Shown here piece by piece: positions 13,231 to 27,373 of a stretch of 64,000 nucleotides of DNA (the stretch's first letter is position 1; each line of letters begins with the position of its first letter). The stretch lies in assembly GCA_040954595.2 (NCBI GenBank), contig CM082584.2:5460110-5524109 (forward strand), given 5' to 3'. A program made the translations under genes and the position numbers. This DNA comes from Balanoglossus misakiensis (taxonomy: Eukaryota > Animalia > Hemichordata). The notes beneath the pieces were generated by a model. It had not been told where the DNA came from. It worked only from the letters and a program-made list of their open reading frames with translations, and did not search any database.

Positions 13231-15264
13231 CTACAAACAAGTTGCTTTTCAAGATATGACAAAAATTGCAAACAGTTTGAACTCTTGTCTGAATCAATAT
13301 CTTCATCAAAATCACACTAAGATATGGCATGCATGGGTATAAAATATTCACTTTGATTAGTAAATAGTATGTATACAAATCTTTCAAGCCATTTAGATTA
13401 CGATTCTATCAACTTTGTAAAAAATATAACATTATAAAATAGCATGATTTATTTTTTCTGTTGATTAATGGTACATAATTGTCCACACAAAAACAGTGTA
13501 ACTATGAATTTATCAACAAATGTAGGAAGACCTGCAAGGCATTTTGCAAAGAGTGTGGGCAATCACAATGTGTACATAAATATGTAATAAAAAAACTGTA
13601 TTAAATTTGAAATCCTTAAAAGCAAAAAAATTTATCTAAACATTTCTTTTTTGACCCAGCATACAGTATCTGACCCACTCCTGATACACACATACTATTT
13701 AATTTTCATGTTATTTTCAATTCTACAAGTATACTACAATGTTTGAAGCTTAGCAAAGCACCACATATATACATACAATCTCTTTTAGACTGCACTGTGT
13801 AGCAAAGGATCATGACAAGTTTTATCAAGGGATAATTGTTAATGTTTATACAACTTCAAAGGATAATTGGCCATGTGTGAATGTTTTCCAACTTCAAACA
13901 GGATCTTGTCCAGTACACTGTATGTATGTACCTTTCAATTCCTCATACACTACGGTACATATTTCTTAGCATCAGGTCATGTAAAATGGAAAAATATTTA
14001 TGTCAATTTTCCATCATATGAATATTTCCATATTACGCGTGTATCGTGTTTAGCAGATGTTAGGAATTTTCTACACAATCATGAATAACTATTATCCATT
14101 TTATGATATATCATGCATGTTAATCAATTTATGGCATTTATCCAAAATGGTTACTAGCAAAATCACACATCTTTTTTCACAAGAGATGAAATTAAGATTT
14201 GCTCATTCCTGGACAAACTATAAAATGGGATGCTTGACAAACTTTCATTTAATGAGAAATTTCTGGGTTTTTTGTTCTTAAAAAGTGTAGAAGGGCTTTA
14301 TGGTGATGCGTCTTGTCATCAAAGCTAACTTGTCATCCTTGGATAGAAAACATGTCATGATCCTTCAGTGAGTGATGTTGTGAATGTCGCATAAAAAAAA
14401 TGGTTTGCGCAAATGGACAAAATGAACCAACAAACACTCCTGTATTCTCTGGCATATAAATCTTCCCCATGGCAGTAAATAAACAACAAACAACTGTATG
14501 AGTGACAAAAAGTACTAAAATAAAATTCAACGCTGCTTGCTTAAAATAAAAAAAGAAGCTGTCTTTCGAGAAGCAGAAGCAACCAAGACACATCATTTTC
14601 GATATGGAAACCTAGACACAAAAACAAAACAGAAAATAAACTTGGATCTAAATCTAGCCACAGATGTACCAAAAATGGAACCTGTGTTAGCGTTGAAAAA
14701 ATAAAACATGCTTCTTTTAATTTGCAAGACCTGTGAAGTATTTAACTTTGCCCATAATGATGCATTACCCATTACATTACCATGGTCATTACATTTATAC
14801 CAAACCACTGTCAATCATCAACAAGTTTCAAGTTCAAGATCAATAAATAGAACATAGCCTTTCTGACATGTCAAGAATTTTTTTTTTTTCTGATCTTGGC
14901 AGTACTGTCCGTTGTCTGTTGGTAATGTAAACAACATCTCATGACTAAAAATTTATACATGTGAAAAAGACTTGATTTCTTGAAATCATGTTCCTGAACA
15001 TTAATTACTTGTTGAATGATAGGACAGAGGTTGGTGTAGACTGTTTTCAGTTGTACCATTTACAATAGAAGAGTACTGTGTAAGTTTGAAGACACCGATA
15101 AGACTAGTGTTATTTCCAAAAGATCCACTAACTTTAATATCCACTTGATTTCCATCCAAAAAAATAAGCATCCCAAAGTGAATAAAATTGAGTTGGTACA
15201 GGTTAAAAATGACATTTTAACGACTACTGTTAATAGACAAGCAAGCTGGAAGCAGAGACGTTAA

Positions 15265-15570
15265 CCCTAATGCTGCTAAGTCAGTTGAAACTGGTTTGAT
15301 TTCCAGGGTACCTAGAATCCTGGCTCCCAGGCCTGTTAGGCTGCCAAGTGTGTGTTAATCAGTAGGGCCTATACAAGACCCTCAGACCAATACAGTGCAA
15401 ACCAGTGCGATTTGGTACATTTTACAGGGGGTTCAAACTGCCAAGTGTGTCTAAGTACGTATGAGAGCCATGTCAAGACAGTCAAACTACGTTTTAGAAG
15501 AAAAAGTGGCAAATATGTATTTTAAGGGACTTGGCACTCTAAACAGGTATGACACCCAGTAGCATTAGGG
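15265..15570. mobile_element. piggyBac-type MITE just downstream of the proximal HOOK stop
   Basis: TTAA|ccctaatgctgct ... agtagcattaggg|TTAA, i.e. CCCT/AGGG termini with a TTAA TSD. Confidence 0.7.
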
Positions 15571-15663
15571 TTAAAGCAAGGAGAATAGAGTGTCAATCAC
15601 CGCCATTGGTAGACCATGCACTTGCATTGATGACTGGGAATGTTTCACAACTAGCTGCCATAT

Positions 15664-18600
15664 TCACCTTGTTGTGCTGTTAACATTTCCTGTGGTGATA
15701 GTCTGTGATCGTCTGGTGCTGGCCTGTCTCTGTCTTGCAAGGAAAGATTGACCCGATGTGCTGTTTGCTAGCCTCTCTTCAGCTGCCTTCCTGTGTAACT
15801 GCATTCCCTGGAGAAAGAAAAACAATGCAGACAACATTTACAAACTGCTCTTAAACTTGTTGAAATTATTTGATTATTAAAAATTGTCAATTACAGTCTC
15901 TTTTGCATTAACGAATAAAGAAGGATTGAGAAAACACTGGAGAACATCATTATGGAATAAAGGCATGTCTCCAAAACGGTTATAAATTGGTACTATGGTA
16001 AACTGGTGATTATCCGAATTGTTCTGTTATCCAAACTACCTTCGTGTCCACCACACAGAGCCTGGACAAACTGCACTGTGTGGCGGCATATCAGAAAACA
16101 CAATATGAGGCTATTGCCCTGGGTATTAGCTGCATCACAAGAGTTAAAGATGAGTGTGATGCAGCTCACACCCACACAAGCGTACCGAGACATACATTTA
16201 TTATGTAGTCCTATTTATTGTTGTCAATGACTGCAAAAGCTTGGTAGATTATACTTACTAAATTATACCAGGCACTGACAACTAACTTCTCTTCTGTTTC
16301 CCTTATTGATTTGGTTTTCTCCCGGTCATTCTGCAAGTCAAAAAGGTGATGTATTAAAGAAAAGTGTTAGAAAAAACTTCTCCAGCTCAAAGAAAATGAA
16401 TAATTGATTTCTAAAAGATAACCAGACTTATTCTAAAATTAACTATCATTGTTTCTAAGTGGATTTGACGTCTGGCCAGCAAATCTAACTCATATCTGAA
16501 ACATTCCAGGACCACTTAAACTGTTCACACATAATAATTTTATGCCAGTATTTGACCTGAGACGTTTCAGAAGCGTTTCAAATGCACGTGTGTGAACTCC
16601 ATATTAGAGTGATGGTATTTATTTATGGGTATCAACCTTACCTCCAAGTGTTCGATTAATTTATGTTTTTCTGTGAGTTGATTTCGTAATGCCTGTACTT
16701 CTGGGGCAGCACCTGGGTTTTGCTTTGGATCTAGTGTTCTAATAACACTCTTTGCTTTGTCTAAATACTTCTTGTATCTCTCTTCCATCGCTCTCATATC
16801 TTCTTCTTTTTTATTCAACATTTCCTGGAGTACAGAGACCTGATCACCTAAATAAGTAAACAGAATTGTTTGGTTAAATGACTATGAAAACATGTAACCT
16901 TGCTGATCTCAAACATAGATACAAGCAAATAATGGTAAACCACCATTTTCCAAACGGGATCCATGACAACGACCTGAACAAGCTCACAAACAATGTGTAC
17001 TGGAGAAGGATTCCTTTATACAAGAGTTTACTGAGGGTCTGTTAGGAGTGTTGACATAGCCAGCTGTGTGTCTGCTGCTCGTATTTCTATATCAATGGCA
17101 TAGTACATTTACTGCACTACATGTAACTGGCAGAGTGAATTGTCAGACTGGTTGTGTGTTCAGAAAAAGTTTCATATTTAGCCATCATGCAAATGATTTT
17201 CAAACCAGCACAATAGGCAATGATTGAAAATGCCCCATGAAGATTTCGCTTGTTAAAATTGTAATTTCAAGTTGATGTCATGAATACTTTTATAATGTGA
17301 TATGCTTTCACAAACGAACAAATAAATCACTGTATATCAAGGAATTTTAATATGTAAATGTAAGAAAGTTCTATCTGACTTACCACTATGGACAACTTTG
17401 GCTTCTAAATCATCAATGTATGTTTTCTTCTTCTGTATTTCCAGATCAGCTTCTCGGAGTTTCTCTCTGTAAGATAGACCAGATATTGATTAACAATGTG
17501 CAAAAAACTCACAATGGAAATGGCGTCATCCGCAAAAATAGCTCAAAGTATTCCACAGTATTCAGAATAGAACAGATTACTGGCAGCTATGTTTGATTGA
17601 ATTACCAAATGAATTCACATGCATTTTCCTTGTGCCAAGTTCTGGCACATCCAAGCAATAGCTCTGGACCTGGAAAAAACTCGCGATGACACATTTTTTG
17701 CATGTTATAAGTTTGTTTATCACAAAACGTTCTCTAGAATTGAACAAGTACAGACAACAAACAAATAAAGATACTTTACTCACTGGCTTTCATGTTGCTT
17801 TTTCGTCAACTCCGCTGACTAAAATAAAAAAAGATAAAAACTTAAGTTAATATACTACCATAGGCAAATACTGTGTAAATTTTATCACTGATATGACTTG
17901 GACTGATTACATATGATTTAAATAACGCGAGTACCTTGTTATTTTCAAAAGTAATTCTATAGGACTAGCAAAGGTAATGTTCAACAAATTCAGGTTCAGG
18001 AATGTGTACTGCATTTAATTCTAACATCAGGATAGTGGTAAATATTATTTTCATAAATACAAGAAGACCAAAAACTCAAATATCACTAGAATTACAAAAT
18101 ACAACTACAGATACTTACCACATTATCGCCAACACCTGCTGTAAATTGTTTTTGTTTGATTTCTTCCAGCATTGCTTCTAGTTGCATTATTTTTTTATTT
18201 AAAGACCTATCAAACACAAGAAATGTAACTTGAGAACCGTTCAGTTCAACGTGATGTAATTTGGTATTGTCATAAGATCTAGATCTGATTAAGTTCTGGT
18301 GGACGTGGCTTTCAAATTAATAGCTCATTAAGTATATTTGTAATGAATTTTGCAATTATGCCAATCTCAAGAAGTACTGAACCAAATTTGATATGGCTTT
18401 GCACATACTTTGATTGGGCCCTGTAACATTACTATGCTGAAGATTTGTAAATGACCCACTTCAGTTCCCTAGCCACCCAAAATGTGAAGTAATAATTATA
18501 GGTTTCTTCTGTTAGAACAGCTGGCAGGTCACATATGTTTTTCGACTCGCCAGATGGTTGTTTTGCCGACTGCAGACTTTTAAGGGATTGATAATATTTT

Positions 18601-21600
18601 CAACAAACAAAGTGTTGAAGGCAAATTATCAGCCGGCACAAATTTCAAGCACGCAATCAGCCATGTGTCCAATGGTGTATGTGAATTTTACACTAAATTA
18701 CACGATTGCTTCTCAGCTATTCTAAGGTACTAAACAATTACATATACTAAAGTACAAGCTATCTTATCAAAGAATTATCAGATAAAGCAATAGAAGGATC
18801 GTCATAAACACAATATCAGAAAACACACCATGGTAGAGTCTATACACAAGGCACACTTTCATGGTGTATACCTTGAACAACAAAGCTTTGCCACACATGT
18901 TGAAATTACCTGTTTTCTGTCTCCACTTCCGTTTTTCGTTTGGTTGCATCTTCCAATAAACTTCGCAGTAACTGCATTTCTCCATCTGTGTGTTCACTAT
19001 GCTGAGACTTCAGCATCTTGTTTTCATGTTGGAGTCTCAGAAGTCTTTCTCTAAAAATAAAATAATGTTATATAAAAGATCAGACTTTTGATTTGCATTT
19101 GCGCTGTGAACACACATCTTCAAGTTTAATCATTGCTGTGCCTTTGTTGCATTTAACAATCAGACTGACAGAGGTTTCATCAATCCATTGATCTATTTAT
19201 ATAATACTTACTTAACTTCTGGAGGAACCATATCACCCAGGATTGGTACTGTATCAGGACTACCTGGTGACCTTGGGTGTCCTGGTAACGGTGATCCTAA
19301 CTTAGCCATTGTTAATTCTTCATTGCTTTCTCTTAGTGTGTCTCTTTCTTCAGTAAGTCTCTGCAGAGAGATTTTAAATACACACAATGAACGTCACAGC
19401 CAATCAGTTTTATTTTGACTTTCATCATCTCTCCAGTGCTGTCAAGATCATTTGATTTATCGAAGATTTCATAGTGATCGTTATCATCAGCCAGTTTACA
19501 ATGTGAATGAAATATCAATCCACCAGGCAGAATAATACAATTCGATGAAATTAAAATGTTCTCGCTTTATTTTTATTTTTCTTGTGGAATCCTTGGTAAG
19601 GGCATATGATAAATAGGTTATCGCCTGATATCACTTTTTGGTTGGACTGTATTTGTTGCTCATGTGGATGTGAGCTGCATCACACCCATCTTCGACATGT
19701 GTGATGAGGCTCACAACCCTACATCACAATGCAGCCCAGCCAAGAGGTGATATCAGGCGATAACCTCTATTTTAAAGGGACAAAGTCTCTCTCTCGCTGT
19801 CCTTTTTTCCATTAATTATGTTTGATACAAGACACTGTTTATGTTAATGTACATTTGGATATATAGTGAATCAATGATCAACCACACAAAACTTCCGTCC
19901 CGCTTGTATGATATGAGAGTAAAAACTCGCCCAAAATGAATAAATGGTAAAGAACGATTATTCATTTTGGCGAGTATTTTTGCTCTCGTGTCTACAAGTG
20001 GGACGGAAGTTGTGTGTGGTTGAACGTTCATTCACTATATATCTACATGTAGAATAACAAACGGTGTCTTGTATCAAATATAATTAATGGAAAAAGGGGC
20101 AGCGAGAGAGAGACTTTGTCCCTTTAATACCACTTATCGTAAAAGCTTATCACTTTTGACTAGACTAGTATCATAACCATCACAAACACTAAAGCTTACC
20201 ACTTGTTCTCTGTACAACTGTTCACATTTTTCTTGCAACCTTTTCTGTTCAAACTCTGTCTTGTCGGCTCTCTTGGTTTCTTCCGTTAACTGTGCATGCA
20301 ATTCATGGACTTGCTTTTTATAGTTTTCAATCTGAGATCGCAGAGCACCCGATTTCTTCAGCTCCTATCAGGGAGAGAAAATAAATTAGAGATCTAATAT
20401 TGCAGCTTATTTATGGATATATTAATGTGAAGCTAACATCTCTGCACGTTTCACCAGATATTGGTTTTGTTTCTCTGTGGCATTAAACATTAACAATGAA
20501 ATACTGTGAAACACTTTATTTTCGCGAGCAATAAATTTTCGCGAAATACACGAGAGCCAAAATAGCGTGAAAATAAAAAGTTGCGTAATTTTTTTTAAAG
20601 GTAACGATGCAGTGAATGAAATAAGAGAACGTGAAAATTAATACTCGCGAAACAGTGGCCTCTCTTGATATCAGGAAAATTTCAACTCGCGAAAATAAAG
20701 TGTTTTACAGTAAGTTAACAAAAATAATTAAAACTTTTTGACTGGACTGAATGAAATAATTGACTTACTTCTTCTAGATCCATATTCGTCTGCATATACG
20801 AAGTGTTCTTTTCTTCTAAAATTTTCAACTGTCTTCTTAAATCACTCAGCTCTTCCAGTTTCTTCTTGTAAGTTTCCAACGTAGATTCATACTTGGCAAC
20901 TTTATCAGAAGTGTGTCTAAGAATGTCTAACTCATCATTCAATGCACGGGCTTCTTCTGCAAGTGTTGACAGGTCTTCATTCTAGGAGGTTTAGTGAAGA
21001 CAGAATTAGTATCCAATTGCAATATAAAGCAATCATTTCATAACTGGTAATTCTGACTTACCTGGTTTGCTACAAAAATTTATTCCTAATAATTGAAGAA
21101 GTAATATATGCCAAAATACAATTATCATCATTTGAAATGTGATAACTTCTTGTATGATCACATTGTTTGGAAATCACGCTGATGCGTTTACAAATGGAAC
21201 GTTTATTGATAGTAAAAACCAAATTGCTTCATTGGCAAAGTTATTAGCTTCAATAAGTAGCATTCCATTATTTTGAGAAGAAAAGATTTTCATGGAAGAA
21301 AAATTTAAATAGGATACAAAGCTGACTGTTGTGATGGTCAAATCAATTTAGGTTTGTGTTACTCCAGAGGAGTTACTGGTCAACAGTTACCAAAGTTGAC
21401 CTTTCAGGCAATAGTTCCAAAAACTGTTGCCTGGCTATTGGAAAGCACCATCTACACACGCACACTCCAGAAATCTAAGATGGCGATGTCGTCTGCGATG
21501 AGATCAACTTGATGACAGATGAGAAATTTCCTGGCTAATGTTACTGTCGGATGGGGTGTGTAATATAAAGCACATATTGACAGGTCATAATTGGGTAACA

Positions 21601-24600
21601 GCATAAATTTGTGTCCCCTCGGGCCTGTGAGTCATCCCAAATCAGTCTGTTTCCCTTAGCCTTTGGAGTCTGGACACAGACTGTTTTGGGGTGACTCACA
21701 GTCCCTTGGGGAAACAAACAAAGACAACGAATCTTCTGCAGTTCTCACAGGAACAAGACCTTGTCGGCCATGTGCATCTAAGTCTATTCCAAGAACAAAT
21801 ACATTGATGGGACCTTGGAATACACAGTATGCAGTGAGTTTAACATATTTTATGAAAATAAAACAGCCACGAGCAAAACTCTTGTGTTATTCTCAAATAA
21901 AGATGCATTTTACCTTTTGAGAAAGTTCAATGAGTTCTTTTTCTTGGACTTCAGCTTTGATGCGAAAATCTTCTCGTTGCGACTCTAATCTGTAGTTCTC
22001 CTCCTGAAGCTGTTCAATTTGTGTCTGTAACTGCTGATACCTCCTGCCAGCAAGGGTACTGCACATATGATAGAACAGCTACATTGAAAAGGCTATTCTG
22101 CCAAACCTGAAGTACCCCTGCTGGGCAGTTCAGGTAAAAAGCATTTACATGTTAATGTTTATACAGTTAATGTTGACCATTGTAGAGCAGGTTTGTCCAA
22201 ATGACTATTATAGATGGAAATATATAAAATATGGAAAGCATGGACATGTTAGGATTATACTACACAGAAAATGTTGAACAAGACATGCAGTTAGTTTCAC
22301 TGAAAGAAAGTAAAATGAGAGATTATTATTTATGTTAATTTAACCATGACAAAAATTACAGATGTAGCATTACCATCTTATTAATCTCTTGTCAATATTT
22401 TACATAATCGTTAGTGTTATCCAAGTTTCATATTAATTGTAGCATTTAATCACAAATTGTGATCATGTCTATGACGTCGCTCAAGTCAATCACCTTACTC
22501 AACACTATACTGATTGGCCATGTGTTCATTACTACTAATTATTTTCCAAAAAAAACGAGCAATACAACTCAATGAAGAGGTGATACTTGATTGGGCAATA
22601 ATTATAATGTAATCTCCCAATATTCCAAAAGGGTGTAACACCATCAAAGACGAGTGATTTCCCCATTTACATGTAGTCACAGTGTCCCTCCGCACAAACA
22701 TGATGTCTTTCCATGCTGAAAATCTCATGTGGAAATGAAATGCTTGAATTATTGGTGATTTACTTTGCCAGCCTTTAAAAATCATAGCCTCTGATCATGA
22801 CACGATACAATACCTTGGATCATCAAATCCTTCTCCACGTTCTATCTTTTGTAATAATTTCTCATTCTCTGACTGTAATGTGTTCTTCTCTTCTAAAAGT
22901 GTTGCAATCTGCAAAGGATGAATAATTGTATGTTGAATGAAACAATAATCGTATTCTTCAGTCTCATCATGTGTGTGATCACTCTTTGCAGCTACTAGCC
23001 CTTGGCTAATATACACTGCTCAATCATTCTGCACATGTACCTCTGACAGACCTTTAGAGAAATAGTTCATTTCTCAAAAAGTTTGCACAAGGCTAAAGCC
23101 CCCAATACTAGTAGATCTCACCTGATGTGGTTGAATGGCTGCCATTTAAATTAACACAGAAGTACTGTGGAATACTTTTTGTTAGTGCAGAATTTATTTT
23201 TTTAGCCATTTTGAGAAGGATGTTTGGTGGGAACATCCATTCACGTCGACAAGTGTTGATTTCTGAACTCAGAGAGATATGAATTTTATGTGAACTGCTT
23301 TGTTTGGCTTACCCAGTCATTTTTTGACAGCTCGTAATTGACATTACAGTTATTACTATAGCTGGTTAAAACAATAGCATCAAACATTTATCTACTTGAC
23401 TGAATCACCAAAAAATGATACACCAAAAAAAAACCCACATTGCATGGCACCTAATTATCATTCTTTCATGTTTGTTTTTGTTGGTTGCGCATTGCCACTG
23501 CCTAAACTCTAAAGTACATGTTAACAATGTAAAGTGATCAGCACGAAATAACGTCACGGCAACATATCAATTTTAACAACTGCATGAAAATAAATTCCAG
23601 CTATAACAAAATGTCCCACAGCATACCATTAATCATGATGCCACTTTCTTAACCAAACTACACATACATGCAAATGTATCTGATAAATGTCTCCAAAGTT
23701 AGCAAGCAGTAACCCATTCACTGTACACTGGCACTTACATTCAGTTCATTTTCTTGATTTCTGGACGAAATTTCTTCTTTTTCATTCGTAATTCGCTGAA
23801 CCTCTTCCAAGGCTCTTTTCAACTGTTGTTCGATTTCTGAGAAGTCTTCAGCTGCCTGTGATGTGGGTTTCTCCTTGGTCATCAATTCCTGGATTGCGTT
23901 CATCACCACAAGTTGTACAGATTCTTCCATTACCATGATGTTATTGATGTAGTCCTCTTTGTGATCACAGTTCACAGCACATCCAAGTGTCAATTGTAAC
24001 AGACGCCCCAATTCTTCAGGATCACCACGTTCACCTATAGCACTCACATCTGGCATACGGAAATCATGAATCTGTTGACCTAACACCTGCAAAACATTAA
24101 AATTACAAGTGAGTGACTTGTTTGGTTAAAGGCAATAGATTGTCTCACGCGCATGCGCGTAACTTCCATTCAAATAGTGGAATGCCTTCGCTTCTTTCCA
24201 TATTTCATGCGCTCCGTATAAGTAGATTCTGGTTTTGTCCCTCCTTTTCACCCAAGCTGGTGTTTTCATGATCTCCGACACAGATTATGGTCGCCGCCAT
24301 CTTCTCAGAGCACTGCCTTATGGGATTGACTGTTCACTAAACGTCTGTAACCAGCGGCTACAGTTGGAACATGCGTGTGAGACGAGCTAGGCGCTTTAAA
24401 ACACACATTCAGGACAGCCACATTCAGACTTTATCTCATTACAATTTGATAAAAATAGTTTCAAGATTGGTGAACTGGCCGAAAACTACCGTATATAAAT
24501 ACTGTGAAAAAGGAAATTTTCGCGAGTGATAAATTTTCGCGAACTACGCGAGAGCCAAAGAAATGCAAAAATTAAAAGTCGCGTAAAAGAAAGAAAAATA

Positions 24601-26782
24601 GAAATTACTTACGTCATTATAGTAATCCAACATTCCTTTATGCACTTTTTTCAAATTACTTATTTTCAGCCTCCAATTATCGCCAACATCTTTTTTAATT
24701 CGGCCAAACCAAACCTCATCGAAGTAATTTGGGGCTCTGCAAGAAAACACACAGGTTGATTGAATCACCAAATTTGCTAACCTAACAAAATGGTTGTTAT
24801 AGTATCAGTACAACAGTGCCACAAATACGCTGTCAAAATTGGATGAGAACCTGTTTTAATTTAGGCAATTAAAGGCCATTTTCGTGATCCCAGGGCAGAA
24901 CAATGAAGGCAAACAAGAAAGCCTTTGTGTTAGCACGTAACTGTTTATTGGAAACAAAAGATTTGACCCGCTGCTGAGCAAGGCCTTTAACTAGAGCACA
25001 TAGCACAGTTATATTAGCCCCACAAATATAATGCAAAACAAAGGGAACCGCACAATATGTTTTCGCTATCAGTGTCACTTCAAAATAAAATTTGTTGTTA
25101 ATTACCCTTGAAGATTATTGGCTATTAGTCTGGAAGTCAGCGTACTAGTATTTCATACTTACATGTGACACAAAACTTCACTTATTGCCACACCGTCTGT
25201 CAACTCATCCACTGTTTCATGTGCCGATTTGATTTTGAATGTTTGAAGCTGAAAATAAAAGGTGCACATCAAAGTCAACAGTTGTTGTTCAAACTTAAAT
25301 TATTTATTTTTTTGTTTATGGTAGTTTTTACTTGATAATATAATAGAAATAATCCCTGTCACAGTCAGGAATACGCTCGATTTGGGTAAAATTCACTCCA
25401 TACAGCAATTGCAATATGGTTTGCGCAATATTAATAGTGTATCCAAATCTTGCTGTGGGGGTTATTGCATAACTACAGAATCTTCCTATCTGAATGATGC
25501 ATATTTGGCCAAGCCGGATAACGTATGGGCATTTGATGTCTCCTCCAAATGTGACTTTCCTTATCCTTTGGGGGTGGGGGTGGGGGTTGCACCCAGGCTG
25601 TTATTTAAATATCTCAACACATGTGGGTGTGACTTGTATCTCTGTTCATTTAGCACTCATCTAGCACATTCTCTGGTGTTTTTGCAACTTGGAAGGCATT
25701 TATACGAATCACGGGTGGACCGTGGAGATCCCCCTCCCCTCTTGCAGAGGGTTTGTCTTCGTACCGGGTATCATCACCCATCACTTGATTATCTGCACAA
25801 AGGTGTCAGTCTTCCAAGTTTTGAAAACACCAGAGTATGCATCAGATGACTCACCATAAGTGCTAAACGAACTGTTTTGGGTGAAATGCGCTTGATACAA
25901 TTACAAGTCACATCTATTGGACTTTGGGCTAAAATAAGCAAAATTGATATTGCAGCTACACTTGCTACACACTAACTGCATGTGTACATGTACCCTCTCT
26001 GAAGTATTTGACAAAGGGAAGAAGGGACTACATGTAGTGTATATTGGAGAAATTCACAGCCAACATACATGTATGCCTGTGAATCCATTCTACTTGACGA
26101 GTACTGTATATATCATCATGACAGGGCGGGGGGGGGGGGGGCGGGATTCACCCCCTGTTGACATGTTGGCACCCCTAGCAATTTGTCAAGGGGGGATTAA
26201 TTGTGCCCCCTTAAAAAAGTATGTCACTCACATGTTGGAGATTCCCCCTTGCCAGAGTGGAATCCCCAAATATATTCTGGCAGAGGGGGGCATACCGTAA
26301 CCCCCCTTCCCACCCGGTTGATGCCATCCTGGTTGGAACACTGCATTTGTGATACCTCGATGGACACTACAGTCCACGGTGACCCAAACGCTCGCTGTCT
26401 ACTTAACTGACTTTGTAAACACTGTAGATTGGTTGATCTTTATCAAGCATTTAGCTGTTATAAAAACACACGAGGGCACCACAAGGCAACCCACATGTTC
26501 ATACTTGCTCCAAGAGCAGAAAAATACCGACAAAACTTCAACTGGAAACAATTGAGCAACTGACTGCAGTTTGGTCACCGTTTCAATATTCTAGCGGTAT
26601 TTCCTAGACTTGTTTGGGCGAGGTTTATAACGCCAACGGAACCACTGTGCAGTAACACCTTACGAGGCGATCGTGGGATAAGACACTAACAGCTGCTTCT
26701 GTCGTTTAACGTTGCGGTTGACAGCGCAAACAAGATGACTTACCCAGATCATTAGGCTCTCACAAAGCTCAAGACTCGACAT
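15664..26782 (-). CDS. HOOK3: Hook microtubule-tethering protein / dynein adaptor (HOOK1/2/3 co-ortholog), 16 coding exons, ~710 aa
   Basis: Exons 26782-26744, 25248-25163, 24736-24613, 24086-23739, 22908-22814, 22058-21914, 20981-20769, 20364-20200, 19360-19212, 19050-18910, 18206-18119, 17818-17784, 17466-17384, 16847-16642, 16330-16259, 15807-15664. Motifs LCESLMIWLQTF, DNWRLKISNLKKV, ELGRLLQLTLGCAVNC, a long coiled coil, MEERYKKYLDKAKSVIRTLDPK, EEKLVVSAWYNLG, SFLARQRQA. The symbol follows the RNF170 synteny. Confidence 0.95.
19614..19766. repeat. Palindromic (hairpin) element
   Basis: Inverted arms taggttatcgcctgatatcac ... gtgatatcaggcgataacct. Confidence 0.6.
19776..20123. mobile_element. 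Complete Kolobok-like MITE (AGGGACAAAGTCTC family) in a HOOK intron
   Basis: TTAA|agggacaaagtctctctctcgctg ... cagcgagagagagactttgtccct|TTAA with long TIRs. Confidence 0.85.
20502..20712. mobile_element. TA-flanked MITE (CTGT...ACAG, TCGCGA-rich family)
   Basis: tactgtgaaacactttattttcgcgag ... ctcgcgaaaataaagtgttttacagta. Related copies at ~24499-24590, ~51610-51945 and 54746-55133. Confidence 0.7.
21607..21720. repeat. Palindromic hairpin element, family shared with 55534-55699
   Basis: Inverted arms ttgtgtcccctcgggcctgtgagtcatcccaaatcagtctg / cagactgttttggggtgactcacagtcccttggggaaacaa. Confidence 0.55.
24131..24394. mobile_element. Kolobok-like MITE; its internal part is related to ~28600-28820
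   Basis: TTAA|aggcaatagattgtctcacgcgcatg ... catgcgtgtgagacgagctaggcgct|TTAA. The internal tgccttcgcttc..ccatatttcatgcgc..gtataagtaga also occurs at ~28695. Confidence 0.6.
26120..26345. repeat. Dispersed repeat (second copy at ~33563-33784)
   Basis: gggattcaccccctgttgacatgttggcacccctagcaatttgtcaagggg ... ttgatgccatcctggttggaacactgc is shared with the 33.6-kb copy. Confidence 0.75.
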
Positions 26783-27373
26783 TTTGTGTAAGTATCCTCT
26801 GTCTTCCTGAAAAATTTCCTTGAAAACTTGAGTGGAGGAGTGACACTTTACCACAACAGTAATGTCTTCAAACACTGAAAATATTTATAACCTGTAGCAC
26901 CTATGGTCGTACCGATATAGTAGATTGTCATGGAAAAGTACCCAGACTTTTCAGCAATAAAATTAAAAATAATTATTTTAATTTATTTAAAAAGTGTATT
27001 TGTTGGTTTTTTTTTTTATTATTTGAAGATACCACAGTTTGTCCTTTTTTCGAAGTCACACACTAGAAATAAAATGCAAAAACAATATACTTATTTTCAG
27101 CTACTGATTCAAAATAGTTAAAATGTTTTGCAACAATTATGACTAAGTTAAACTATAAATAATAAGTAAAGTCTATTTTTTGTATATCTAATTTTATATC
27201 AAGTATTTTAAAAATGTCTTTCGGTTTTCTTTATCAGTTTGTTCGAACCGGTCGTTCAAAATCCACGAATGACCGCACTATCCGTAAGGTCAAAGTTCAC
27301 ACACGTTCAGATGAGTCCAACGAAGATGGTTAGCTTAGTTAGGTGGAAGTGAATTCCGGCATTGAAGCATTTT
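26783..27373. promoter_or_regulatory. Bidirectional promoter region between HOOK and RNF170
   Basis: Divergent start codons at 26782 (-) and 27374 (+) are only ~590 bp apart. Confidence 0.7.

Noticed and set aside
25382-26555. Plus-strand ORFs of 155, 118, 69 and 68 aa in HOOK intron 1
   Set aside because: No recognisable domain or splice structure, and they partly overlap a dispersed repeat.
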